Assembly: GCA_964594665.1 (NCBI GenBank)
Contig: CAZQNY010000004.1
Span: 185 to 64,184, forward strand
Direction of reading: 5' to 3'
DNA: 64,000 bases
Origin: an uncultured Bacteroidales bacterium
Lineage (GTDB): Bacteria > Bacteroidota > Bacteroidia > Bacteroidales > BM520
The notes under the pieces are model-generated. The model worked only from the letters and a program-made list of their open reading frames with translations, was not told the DNA's origin and did no database searches. Made by a program: the position numbers and the translations under genes. Of this stretch, positions 28,607 to 37,016 are shown one piece after another; within the stretch, counting starts at the first letter, position 1, and each line of letters opens with the position of its first letter.

Positions 28607-30034
28607 ATGAATATTACACATAGGGTAAATCTTATCACAGCACTAATCATACTGTTTTTTAGCAGTTTTTCACTGGCCCAGGAGAAAGGGTATAATATAT
28701 CCATTCATATTGATGATATACCGGATACTACCGCATATCTTGCCTTTTACATGGGTGACAAAATATACATTCAGGATACGGCTGTTGTAGAGAATGGTTT
28801 TATGTTTTTTGAAAACGACACCGCGTTATTAAAAGGCGGGATGTATATCATTGCCGGGCAAGCAAGCAACAAATACCTGGAATTCCTTATTAATGAAAAT
28901 ACAAAATTTAGCCTGCACACAAAAAAGGACAATATAACAGGTGCAATGAAGATAAAAAAGTCACCTGAAAACAAGCTCTTCTATACCTATATTGATTTTC
29001 TATCCAAACAACAGTATATTACAGCACCCTTTCGTAAATTACTATCTCAGGAAAACGCTCCTAATGATTCTGTCTCATGGGCAAAAACACAATTAGAACT
29101 CGCAAACAAAAAAGTCGATGAGTTCCGTAATAAAATGATAACAGAAAATGAGGGAACCTTCTTCAGTACTTTTATCCGATCAACGATTCCTGCAGAGATT
29201 CCTCCGCTACCACTATTACCTGACGGCACTCCGGATTCAACACAATTATGGTATCAATATAAAAAATCATTCTGGGATAATTATGACCTTACTGATGAGA
29301 AACTCTTACGAACCCCGGAGTTTGCAAAAAAAGTAAACTCCTATTTTGATCAGGTAATATTTCAGCATCCCGATTCTATTAATCAGGATATTGATGACCT
29401 GATAAAACGTACTGAGCCCGCATTCGACACCTATAAGTATTTGATATGGTATTTAACACTCAAGTACGAACGATCGAATATTATGGGTTTTGATGCTGTT
29501 TTTGTTCATATGGCGAAAACATATTATGAAAGCGGCATTGACACATGGACAAACAAAACCGTTGTGGATAACATCATTGAGCGCGGCGCTATTCTGGAGC
29601 CATTACTTCTTGGGAAAAAGGCACCGGAATTAGCACTTATGGACACCAGTGGCCGTATTGTTTCATTATTACAAATACCGGCAAAATACATGATTGTATT
29701 TTTCTGGGATACCGATTGTGGCCATTGCAAAAAAGAGGTCCCTGTATTGAAAGAATTCTATACACGATACCATAGTGAATATGATCTGGAAGTCTTTGGG
29801 GTTTGTTGTGATACCTCGCTGACAGATATGAAATCCTATATTCGGGAGAAACAACTGCCATGGGTTAATGTAAATGGATATTATAGTGCAAGTGGTGATT
29901 TTCATGATCTATACGATATCTATTCAACTCCTGTTATGTATTTATTAAATGAGAAGAAAGAAATAATAGCCAAAAGACTATTAACCAAAGAGATAGAAAA
30001 ATTCATCCATCGGCTGGAACAACAGCAGAAGTAA
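28607..30034 (+). CDS. Exported thioredoxin-fold protein (DUF5106/TlpA-like)
   Basis: It has a signal peptide (..SFSLAQ) and a C-terminal thioredoxin domain with FWDTDCGHCKKEVP. I set the start at ATG 28607; the ORF track starts at TTG 28595. Confidence 0.75.
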   Translation: MNITHRVNLITALIILFFSSFSLAQEKGYNISIHIDDIPDTTAYLAFYMGDKIYIQDTAVVENGFMFFENDTALLKGGMYIIAGQASNKYLEFLINENTKFSLHTKKDNITGAMKIKKSPENKLFYTYIDFLSKQQYITAPFRKLLSQENAPNDSVSWAKTQLELANKKVDEFRNKMITENEGTFFSTFIRSTIPAEIPPLPLLPDGTPDSTQLWYQYKKSFWDNYDLTDEKLLRTPEFAKKVNSYFDQVIFQHPDSINQDIDDLIKRTEPAFDTYKYLIWYLTLKYERSNIMGFDAVFVHMAKTYYESGIDTWTNKTVVDNIIERGAILEPLLLGKKAPELALMDTSGRIVSLLQIPAKYMIVFFWDTDCGHCKKEVPVLKEFYTRYHSEYDLEVFGVCCDTSLTDMKSYIREKQLPWVNVNGYYSASGDFHDLYDIYSTPVMYLLNEKKEIIAKRLLTKEIEKFIHRLEQQQK

Positions 30035-30087
30035 GATAACCAATATTATACTATATTAGTAGGCTAAATAGCAACAAACCAGGCATT

Positions 30088-31638
30088 ATGAAAACAATTG
30101 CAGAAAAAGATATTCAGGCTATTGAAGCCCACGGACTCACCGTAAAACAAATTGAAGGTCAACTAAAGGATTTCGAAAAAGGGTTTCCCTATGCAAATCT
30201 TATTGAACCTGCGACATTGGAGAAAGGAATTGTAAAGCTCGGGAAAGGTCAAATTTCAGATTTGCTGAATGAATATGAGTCATTAATACACAAAGAAAAA
30301 ATCGTGAAATTCGTGCCTGCCTCAGGAGCAGCAACAAGGATGTTCAAGAAGCTGTTTGCCTTGGCAGAGACCTTTACCGGATCACCGGAAGATTATGTAT
30401 CGCTTGCAGAAGATAACGGCCCTATGTCGTTGCAGTTTTTATTTGACAACCTGGACAAGCTTAGCTTTTATGATGAGCTCAAAAAAACTTTATTAAAAGA
30501 TGGTCTTGAGCTTGAAGAGCTTATTGCAGGAAAGCAATATGGCACGATTGCAGAGTATATTCTTGAAGAAAAAGGACTGGGATACGGGGCATTACCCAAA
30601 GGGCTTATATTATTTCATAAATATGAAGATGAAACGAGGTTAGCCCTTGAAGAGCATTTCCCAGAGGCGTATAATTATTGTTTAAATGAAAAAGGTACGT
30701 CAATACATTTCACCGTATCGCCGGAACATCTTGAGCTGTTCCGTAAAGAGGCAGAGTATTTAACAAACAAATATCACAACTTATATGGTATACGTCCGGA
30801 AGTATCATTTTCAACACAAAAATCATCTACAGATACTATTGCCGTAACAACTGATAATGCAATATTCCGTGATAAGCAGGGCCAGCCTGTATTTCGTCCT
30901 GCAGGCCATGGTGCATTAATCGAAAACCTCAATGATCTTGATGCTGGAATTATTTTTATTAAAAATATCGATAATGTGGTACCGGATGAGCAAAAAGAGG
31001 ATACGTATACATTTAAAAAAGCCTGTGGGGCTTTATTGCTTCAGCTAAGGAATAAAACCTTCGAATACCTTCAACAACTTGATGAAGCTGACGTAACAGA
31101 TGACGAGCTTCAGGACATGTATGATTTCGCAGTTAACAAGCTCTTTGTTTCTCCGTTTTCGGATTTTGCATTGATGAACAGAATTGAAAAAGTTGACTAT
31201 CTGTATAGCCTTTTTAACAGACCTATGCGAATATGCGGAATGGTAAAAAATGAAGGCGAACCCGGAGGAGGCCCTTTTTGGGTAAAAGATTCAAATGGAC
31301 GTATATCGTTACAAATTGTTGAGAGCGCCCAGATAGATAAAAACAATTCCAAACAACAGGAACTTTTTAAGTCCTCAACCCATTTTAATCCGGTAGATTT
31401 GGTTTGCAGTAAATTAAATTACCAGGGAGAGCCCTTTGATCTGTTAAAATTCACTGACCCGCAAACAGGCTTCATATCTGAGAAATCAAAAGACGGCATG
31501 TCCCTTAAAGCACTGGAAATGCCCGGATTATGGAATGGGGCCATGGCTGACTGGATCTCGGTTTTTGTGGAAGTACCCTTATCAACCTTTAACCCTGTAA
31601 AAGAGGTCAATGATCTTTTGCGACCACAGCATCTGTAG
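30088..31638 (+). CDS. DUF4301 family protein (UDPGP-like nucleotidyltransferase motifs)
   Basis: 516 aa. The N-terminus (DIQAIEAHGLTVKQIEGQLKDFEKGFPY) and the length are typical of DUF4301. Other motifs are PASGAATRMFK, RPAGHGALIENL and IKNIDNV. Confidence 0.7.
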   Translation: MKTIAEKDIQAIEAHGLTVKQIEGQLKDFEKGFPYANLIEPATLEKGIVKLGKGQISDLLNEYESLIHKEKIVKFVPASGAATRMFKKLFALAETFTGSPEDYVSLAEDNGPMSLQFLFDNLDKLSFYDELKKTLLKDGLELEELIAGKQYGTIAEYILEEKGLGYGALPKGLILFHKYEDETRLALEEHFPEAYNYCLNEKGTSIHFTVSPEHLELFRKEAEYLTNKYHNLYGIRPEVSFSTQKSSTDTIAVTTDNAIFRDKQGQPVFRPAGHGALIENLNDLDAGIIFIKNIDNVVPDEQKEDTYTFKKACGALLLQLRNKTFEYLQQLDEADVTDDELQDMYDFAVNKLFVSPFSDFALMNRIEKVDYLYSLFNRPMRICGMVKNEGEPGGGPFWVKDSNGRISLQIVESAQIDKNNSKQQELFKSSTHFNPVDLVCSKLNYQGEPFDLLKFTDPQTGFISEKSKDGMSLKALEMPGLWNGAMADWISVFVEVPLSTFNPVKEVNDLLRPQHL

Positions 31639-31767
31639 CGATGTAACGGCATAATACGGAACAATCATTATCACAATAAGTTATCAACAATAAGGCCTTA
31701 ATAACCTTTTCGTAAAAAAATGTGTAATTTTCGTTACTGGCTCTTGTTTTAAACAAAATTAATAACG

Positions 31768-31775
31768 TATATTTG
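31768..31775 (+). promoter_or_regulatory. -7 box for rplS
   Basis: TATATTTG lies 39 nt upstream of ATG 31815. Confidence 0.5.
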
Positions 31776-31814
31776 CACTCCTTTTTTGGAACAAAAACAA
31801 ATATCCTGAAAGTG

Positions 31815-32168
31815 ATGAGCAAGAACGAGAATTTACAGTACGTAGAGAACCTGACAGAGATAAAAGAATATCCACAGTTCCAGGCCGGAGATACCGTAAC
31901 GGTAACTTACAAAATTGTTGAAGGCGGGAAAGAACGTTTACAAAAATTTCAGGGTGTAGTACTGCAGCGCCGCGGTAGCGGAAACACAGAAACATTTACA
32001 GTAAGAAAGATATCAGGTAACACAGGCGTAGAACGCATCTTCCCTGTTGCCAGTCCTTTTATCGATAACATTGTTGTAAACAAACATGGTAAGGTACGTC
32101 GTGCACGTATATTCTACCTCCGTGGCCTGAAAGGTAAAAAAGCACGTATTAAAGAACGTAGAGTATAA
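31815..32168 (+). CDS. rplS: 50S ribosomal protein L19
   Basis: 117 aa starting at ATG 31815, with [35 protein letters not shown]...[17 protein letters not shown]. Confidence 0.93.
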   Translation: MSKNENLQYVENLTEIKEYPQFQAGDTVTVTYKIVEGGKERLQKFQGVVLQRRGSGNTETFTVRKISGNTGVERIFPVASPFIDNIVVNKHGKVRRARIFYLRGLKGKKARIKERRV

Positions 32169-32194
32169 CAGCCCTGTCTATCAAGACACTAAAA

Positions 32195-32233
32195 GCCTCC
32201 ATCCGCTATTTTCTTTTGGATTGAGGCTTTTTT
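32195..32233 (+). terminator. Intrinsic terminator after rplS
   Basis: GCCTCCATCC, a 13-nt loop, and GGATTGAGGC (one mismatch) are followed by T6. Confidence 0.7.
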
Positions 32234-32306
32234 GTATGCCCTGTAGTGTCGTAATTATTTTGTTTTTAAAATTGATTTTCATATGTTTGTGCAAAACAGA
32301 GCAATT

Positions 32307-33911
32307 ATGAAAATCTTTACATTCATTGGGGTACTCCTTCTGGTACCTATGGCAATTTTTGCGCAACTTCCTGAAACATATGACTTGCGCGATGTGGAAG
32401 GCCAGAATTATGTAACATCCGTAAAAAGCCAGAGTGGAGGCACTTGCTGGACCCACGGAACAGTTGCCTCTATTGAGGGCAACCTATACATGACCGGTGT
32501 ATGGGCTAATGCCGGCGAAAGCGGAGAACCAGCGCTGGCGGAATATCACCTGGACTGGTGGAATGGTTTTAACCAGCACAATAATGACGACCTTGACCCT
32601 CCGTCAGGCACCGGCCTGGAGGTTCATATGGGTGGTGACTACCGGGTTTCTACCGCCTATCTCTCGCGCGGCGAAGGAGCCGTAAGGGATATCGACGGGC
32701 AGTCGTATGATAATCCTCCGGTACGACACCAGGAATCGTATCACTATTACTACCCGCGCACTGTACAATGGTACACCCTGGGCGATGGAATTGAAAATAT
32801 TGATAACATAAAACAGGCGATCATCGATTATGGCGTCATGGCAACATGTATGTGCTACAGCAATGCCTTTATCAATAGCAACTACACCCATTACCAACCT
32901 ATGAGCAATAACACCGACCCGAACCACTCGGTAGCAATTATTGGCTGGGACGATAACAAACAAACGCAGGCCGAACAGCCGGGAGCATGGTTGTGCAAAA
33001 ACTCCTGGGGCTCCTGGTGGGGAGAGAATGGTTACTTCTGGATCTCATATTACGATAAGCATGCCTGCCGTAACCCGGAAATGGGCGCTGTTTCTTTTCA
33101 GGACGTCGAACCCATGCAATATGAGAAGGTGTTCTACCACGACTATCATGGATGGCGTGATCAGTTAGAAAATGTTTCCGTTGCAGCAAACCGCTTTGAT
33201 ATTGAGGGTGATTATTTCCTTAATGGCGTGAATTTCTTCGTAAATGCTGATTTTACAAACTATACAGCAACCATCTTCGAAACCATGGGTGATAACGGTC
33301 CGGAAAACGAGATTGCCTCAGTATCCGGAACTACCGATCATATTGGCTTTTATACAGCTGATTTTGATGCTCCTGTTTCACTGGTTGGAATGAGCGAATT
33401 TGTTATTCAGCTGGAACTTTCCGAAGGAGGAATGCCTTACGACAGAACCTCTGATATCCCCGTTTTACTTGGTGGCAGCCAGCGTACCATTGTTGAGTCG
33501 GTAGCCCATGAAAATGAAAGCTTCTACTACAACCCTGAATCTGCTTCATGGACTGATTTCTATAATTATGATGACCCGTCAGGCTTTAGCCAGACCGGTA
33601 ACTTCTGCATTAAAGGCCTTGCCACTTCAACTACTGTTGGCATTAATGACTATCAGTTTAAAAATATAAATATATATCCTAACCCGGCAGATAGTTATAC
33701 AAACATCGTTTTCAACAACAATAGTAATGAAAAGGCTACTATTGTCGTACGCAATATTACAGGCAGTATTGTTTACACCCAATCCATTGCTTTATCAGCA
33801 GGTGAAAACAATCTTAAAATCAATACCAATAATATTAAGGCTGGTGTTTATAGTCTGGAGATAACAGATGATGAAAATATTCTGGGAAAAGAAAAAATCA
33901 TCATTCGTTAA
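32307..33911 (+). CDS. Secreted papain-like (C1 family) cysteine peptidase with T9SS C-terminal sorting domain
   Basis: It has a signal peptide. The catalytic residues are Cys (QSGGTCWTHG), His (NHSVAIIGWDD) and Asn/Trp (KNSWGSWWGENGYF). The C-terminal tail NIYPNPADSYTNIVF... is a Por secretion tail. Confidence 0.8.
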   Translation: MKIFTFIGVLLLVPMAIFAQLPETYDLRDVEGQNYVTSVKSQSGGTCWTHGTVASIEGNLYMTGVWANAGESGEPALAEYHLDWWNGFNQHNNDDLDPPSGTGLEVHMGGDYRVSTAYLSRGEGAVRDIDGQSYDNPPVRHQESYHYYYPRTVQWYTLGDGIENIDNIKQAIIDYGVMATCMCYSNAFINSNYTHYQPMSNNTDPNHSVAIIGWDDNKQTQAEQPGAWLCKNSWGSWWGENGYFWISYYDKHACRNPEMGAVSFQDVEPMQYEKVFYHDYHGWRDQLENVSVAANRFDIEGDYFLNGVNFFVNADFTNYTATIFETMGDNGPENEIASVSGTTDHIGFYTADFDAPVSLVGMSEFVIQLELSEGGMPYDRTSDIPVLLGGSQRTIVESVAHENESFYYNPESASWTDFYNYDDPSGFSQTGNFCIKGLATSTTVGINDYQFKNINIYPNPADSYTNIVFNNNSNEKATIVVRNITGSIVYTQSIALSAGENNLKINTNNIKAGVYSLEITDDENILGKEKIIIR

Positions 33912-33943
33912 CCAATAAAACGAAGAATAATTGAAGAATATAA

Positions 33944-33976
33944 AACGGGATGTATTACGACGTAATACATCCCGTT
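33944..33976. terminator. Perfect 33-nt palindrome between convergent genes (bidirectional terminator candidate)
   Basis: AACGGGATGTATTACG-A-CGTAATACATCCCGTT. It is preceded by an A-run (ATAAAA) but lacks a clean T-run on the + strand. Confidence 0.55.
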
Positions 33977-33996
33977 GTTATATTCGAAAACCAGGG

Positions 33997-34707
33997 TTAT
34001 TCGGATTCCAGAAGAACCCCGGCCTTGTAATGCTGAGGATCCAATGAGGTTCCGTCTTTATCAAACAGCTCCCACAATCCTTCACGTTTATTACGAAAAT
34101 ATTTCCCGCGCGCCATTATCTTTCCATCCGGATGATAGTAAATCACTTCACCCTCCAGAAGGCCATTCACATAATTACCTGAAGTCTTTAATGTTTGATC
34201 GGTAAAATACTGTTTCCAGGGTCCTTCTTTTTCGCCATTCTCATAATCACACACCTCACTGACAGTTTCACCATCGGGAAAATAAATGCTTGCCGTGCCA
34301 TGCCGTTTTCCGTTTTTGTAATATTCCTCACTTACCAGCACTTCCTCTTCATTATAAAAGCGCCATAATCCTGTACGTTGTTTTCTCTGATAGGTACCTT
34401 CAGCCATTTTCTTACCATTAGTATGAAAAGTAATTGCATCTGCCGTTACAGGGGCATCCTCATGATAGGAAAGGATGGCTTTTTTCATACCATTGGAATA
34501 ATAATAAGTAAATGTTCCAATGGGTTGATCATCAAGAAATGAACCTTCATAGATCAAAGCACCATTATCGTCAAATTTCTTCCACAATCCCTGGCGCCGG
34601 CCGTTTTCATCTGTTTGGTTTATGTTATCCTGAGCAACTGTTGAAAAAGGCACAAATAAAATCAATAGGATAAAAAACCGAATAATAAACTGCTGTGTTG
34701 TCTGCAT
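33997..34707 (-). CDS. MORN-repeat (YwqK-family) secreted protein
   Basis: It contains repeated G.W..Y..NG......Y.NG...G units. The signal peptide follows the second Met (MQTTQQFIIRFFILLILFVPFSTVAQ). Confidence 0.7.
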   Translation of the reverse strand: MQTTQQFIIRFFILLILFVPFSTVAQDNINQTDENGRRQGLWKKFDDNGALIYEGSFLDDQPIGTFTYYYSNGMKKAILSYHEDAPVTADAITFHTNGKKMAEGTYQRKQRTGLWRFYNEEEVLVSEEYYKNGKRHGTASIYFPDGETVSEVCDYENGEKEGPWKQYFTDQTLKTSGNYVNGLLEGEVIYYHPDGKIMARGKYFRNKREGLWELFDKDGTSLDPQHYKAGVLLESE

Positions 34708-34761
34708 AGTTTTCTGTACTTTTGCTTCAAAAGTAAGCAACCTTAGGAAAAGAAAAAAGAG

Positions 34762-35388
34762 GTGAATCAGATACCATCAAAAAAAGTTGAGAATGCGGTG
34801 GAAGCTTTGTCGCGATTACCGGGGATCGGAAGAAAAACTGCATTGCGTCTGGCACTACACATATTAAAATCCGACGAGCCGGAAGCCGACTTTTTAGGGG
34901 AGGCAATTATCAAACTTCGCCGGGAGACTACCTATTGTTCGGTATGTCATAATATTTCAGATCATCAGATATGCGATATATGTGCTTCACCAACAAGGGA
35001 TAAAAATACCATCTGCGTTGTTGAAGACGTCAGGGATTTCCTTGCCATTGAAAACACCGGGCAATACACCGGCAGATATCATATTTTAGGCGGTGTTATA
35101 TCTCCGTTGGATGGTATTAGTCCGCAGGATCTCAATATTGAATCCCTGATAAAAAGAATTGCTTCTGAAGAGGTTCATGAGGTGATTCTTGCACTTCCTA
35201 CAACAGTGGAAGGAGATACCACGGGATATTATATATATAAGCGGCTAAAGTCAAACAAGGTAGAAATCACAACAATTGCAAAAGGTGTTGCCATAGGCGA
35301 TGAGCTGGAATACACCGATGAGATTACACTAGGGCGGAGTATCTTGCAGCGAATGCCTTATGAAGGATCTTCAAACAGATCCAGCTGA
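34762..35388 (+). CDS. recR: Recombination protein RecR
   Basis: 208 aa from a GTG start. It has an HhH motif (LSRLPGIGRKTALRLA), a Cys4 zinc finger (CSVCHNISDHQICDIC) and a Toprim domain (ICVVEDVRD). Confidence 0.92.
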   Translation: MNQIPSKKVENAVEALSRLPGIGRKTALRLALHILKSDEPEADFLGEAIIKLRRETTYCSVCHNISDHQICDICASPTRDKNTICVVEDVRDFLAIENTGQYTGRYHILGGVISPLDGISPQDLNIESLIKRIASEEVHEVILALPTTVEGDTTGYYIYKRLKSNKVEITTIAKGVAIGDELEYTDEITLGRSILQRMPYEGSSNRSS

Positions 35389-35582
35389 TTCGGCAATGGA
35401 GTTTCCTCAGGCATGCTGTCGGCATATAGCTCTATATAGGGTTTTATGGACTTTTTTATAAGCTTTATGGGCGTTGTATGCCTGGCTTTGCAGTAATTCA
35501 TTAAAGACTTCTTCTGACGGGAGGAAAGTTTAAATGTTATGGCCCGATAAACAGTTTTGTGGTTTCTGCGTTTGATTCTCAT
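35358..35582 (-). CDS. Small basic hypothetical protein (possible ribbon-helix-helix) with C-terminal QLDLF motif
   Basis: 74 aa from an internal ATG: MRIKRRNHKTVYRAITFKLSSRQKKSLMNYCKARHTTPIKLIKKSIKPYIELYADSMPEETPLPNQLDLFEDPS. It fills the otherwise empty 245-nt gap between recR and the DUF2779 gene. Its 3' end overlaps recR by 31 nt. Confidence 0.4.
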   Translation of the reverse strand: MRIKRRNHKTVYRAITFKLSSRQKKSLMNYCKARHTTPIKLIKKSIKPYIELYADSMPEETPLPNQLDLFEDPS

Positions 35583-35633
35583 AACGGAAAATTTATCTGG
35601 TATAAATATATAAAAACCTAACGTATTATCATA

Positions 35634-37016
35634 ATGGAGCGTCATAAATTATCTAAATCAGCCTATATCCGCGGTTTACAATGCACAAAGTCCTTGTATC
35701 TCAACAAAAAACGCCCCTTTCTGCGGGATAAACTCAGCGCTGAGCAGCGAGCAAAATTCAAACGGGGGCATGCCATTGGCGACAAAGCTCATCAGCTATT
35801 CCCGGGAGGAATAAACCTTGCGCCCAAAACGCCGTTTCAATACCCGCAGGCCGTAAAAAAAACTGCTGAAGCACTTGAAAACAATACTCCTGTTATTTAT
35901 GAAGCTTCATTTCAACACCATAAAACACTGGTAGCACTTGATATACTTACCTTTAACAACGGGAAATACTATGCCTGGGAGGTAAAGAGCAGCCTGGGAA
36001 TTTCTGACACCTATATAAATGATGCCGCTCTACAATACTGGGTCATCACCCACAGCGGAATCCAGCTCAAAGACTTCTCTTTAATCACGGTGAATCCTGA
36101 TTATACGCTTCAGGAGCCATTTGTTGCTGACGATTACTTCATAAAAACAAGTGTTCTCGACAGGATACTCCCGTTACAGGATGCTATTGAAGCGCGTATT
36201 GATAATTTCCTTGATTTACTTGAAGAGAAACATTCGCCAAGGAAAAAAATCGGACCACAGTGCAATTCACCTTATCCCTGCGACTTTCAGAGATTATGCT
36301 GGAAAAAAGTTCCTGAGCATTCTGTTTTTGATCTGTTACATCTTGATGAGATATCAAAATTCAGGCTCTATCATAAAGGCATTGAGGCACCGGGTGACAT
36401 ACCTTTTGAAACCCTGGAAAACGATCTGCTTAAAAAGGAAATTACTTTTCATTTAAAAGATATTCCCTATGCCGATAAGGAAATTGCAGACCTTTTAAAA
36501 AACGCCCCCGACATACTGTTTTTCACAGCTATAAAACCTGCATTTCCTCTTTTCCGGGGAATGAAACCCTATACGCAGTTTCCTGTTTTGGCGGCATTCA
36601 AAAACAAAACAGGCATATCAACAGAAATCTTCAGCACACCTGATGAAGGTCATCAGTATTTGAAGGAGAAACTTCAAGGGGAATATCCGTTGCTGGTTAT
36701 GGGAGATCTGCAGGAATGCAAGTCGAAGAATATCTTTTCTGTTTCGGAATTGCTGCAGGAGCAAAAAGTATTTTTACCTGAATTAAAAGGGACAACAGAT
36801 ATTGACGTCATCGTCAACACATTGATAAATAAAAATGTTCAGGACGGATACACCAATCGTTTTTCTGCAGGCAATGCCTGGGAAGAGTTACATAAAAACA
36901 ATGGAGCCCTGCCCATGGAGGATATCACCAATGGGCTTCGTGATTATGCACTTCGTGGCATCGAAGCCTGTGAGCTTTTTATAACCCGTATTACAGGGAT
37001 TAATTCTGATCAGTAA
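35634..37016 (+). CDS. DUF2779 domain protein (Cas4/RecB-like PD-(D/E)xK nuclease with Fe-S cysteines)
   Basis: 460 aa. The N-terminus LSKSAYIRGLQCTKSLYL is typical of DUF2779. There is a nuclease-like core (..ALDIL....YYAWEVKSS) and a Cys cluster CNSPYPCDFQRLC. Confidence 0.7.
   Translation: MERHKLSKSAYIRGLQCTKSLYLNKKRPFLRDKLSAEQRAKFKRGHAIGDKAHQLFPGGINLAPKTPFQYPQAVKKTAEALENNTPVIYEASFQHHKTLVALDILTFNNGKYYAWEVKSSLGISDTYINDAALQYWVITHSGIQLKDFSLITVNPDYTLQEPFVADDYFIKTSVLDRILPLQDAIEARIDNFLDLLEEKHSPRKKIGPQCNSPYPCDFQRLCWKKVPEHSVFDLLHLDEISKFRLYHKGIEAPGDIPFETLENDLLKKEITFHLKDIPYADKEIADLLKNAPDILFFTAIKPAFPLFRGMKPYTQFPVLAAFKNKTGISTEIFSTPDEGHQYLKEKLQGEYPLLVMGDLQECKSKNIFSVSELLQEQKVFLPELKGTTDIDVIVNTLINKNVQDGYTNRFSAGNAWEELHKNNGALPMEDITNGLRDYALRGIEACELFITRITGINSDQ

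Noticed and set aside
33997-34707. Toxin-antitoxin system suggested by the YwqK-family label of MORN-repeat proteins
   Set aside because: There is no adjacent toxin gene. The protein carries a signal peptide and stands alone between terminators, so it is most likely an exported MORN-repeat protein.
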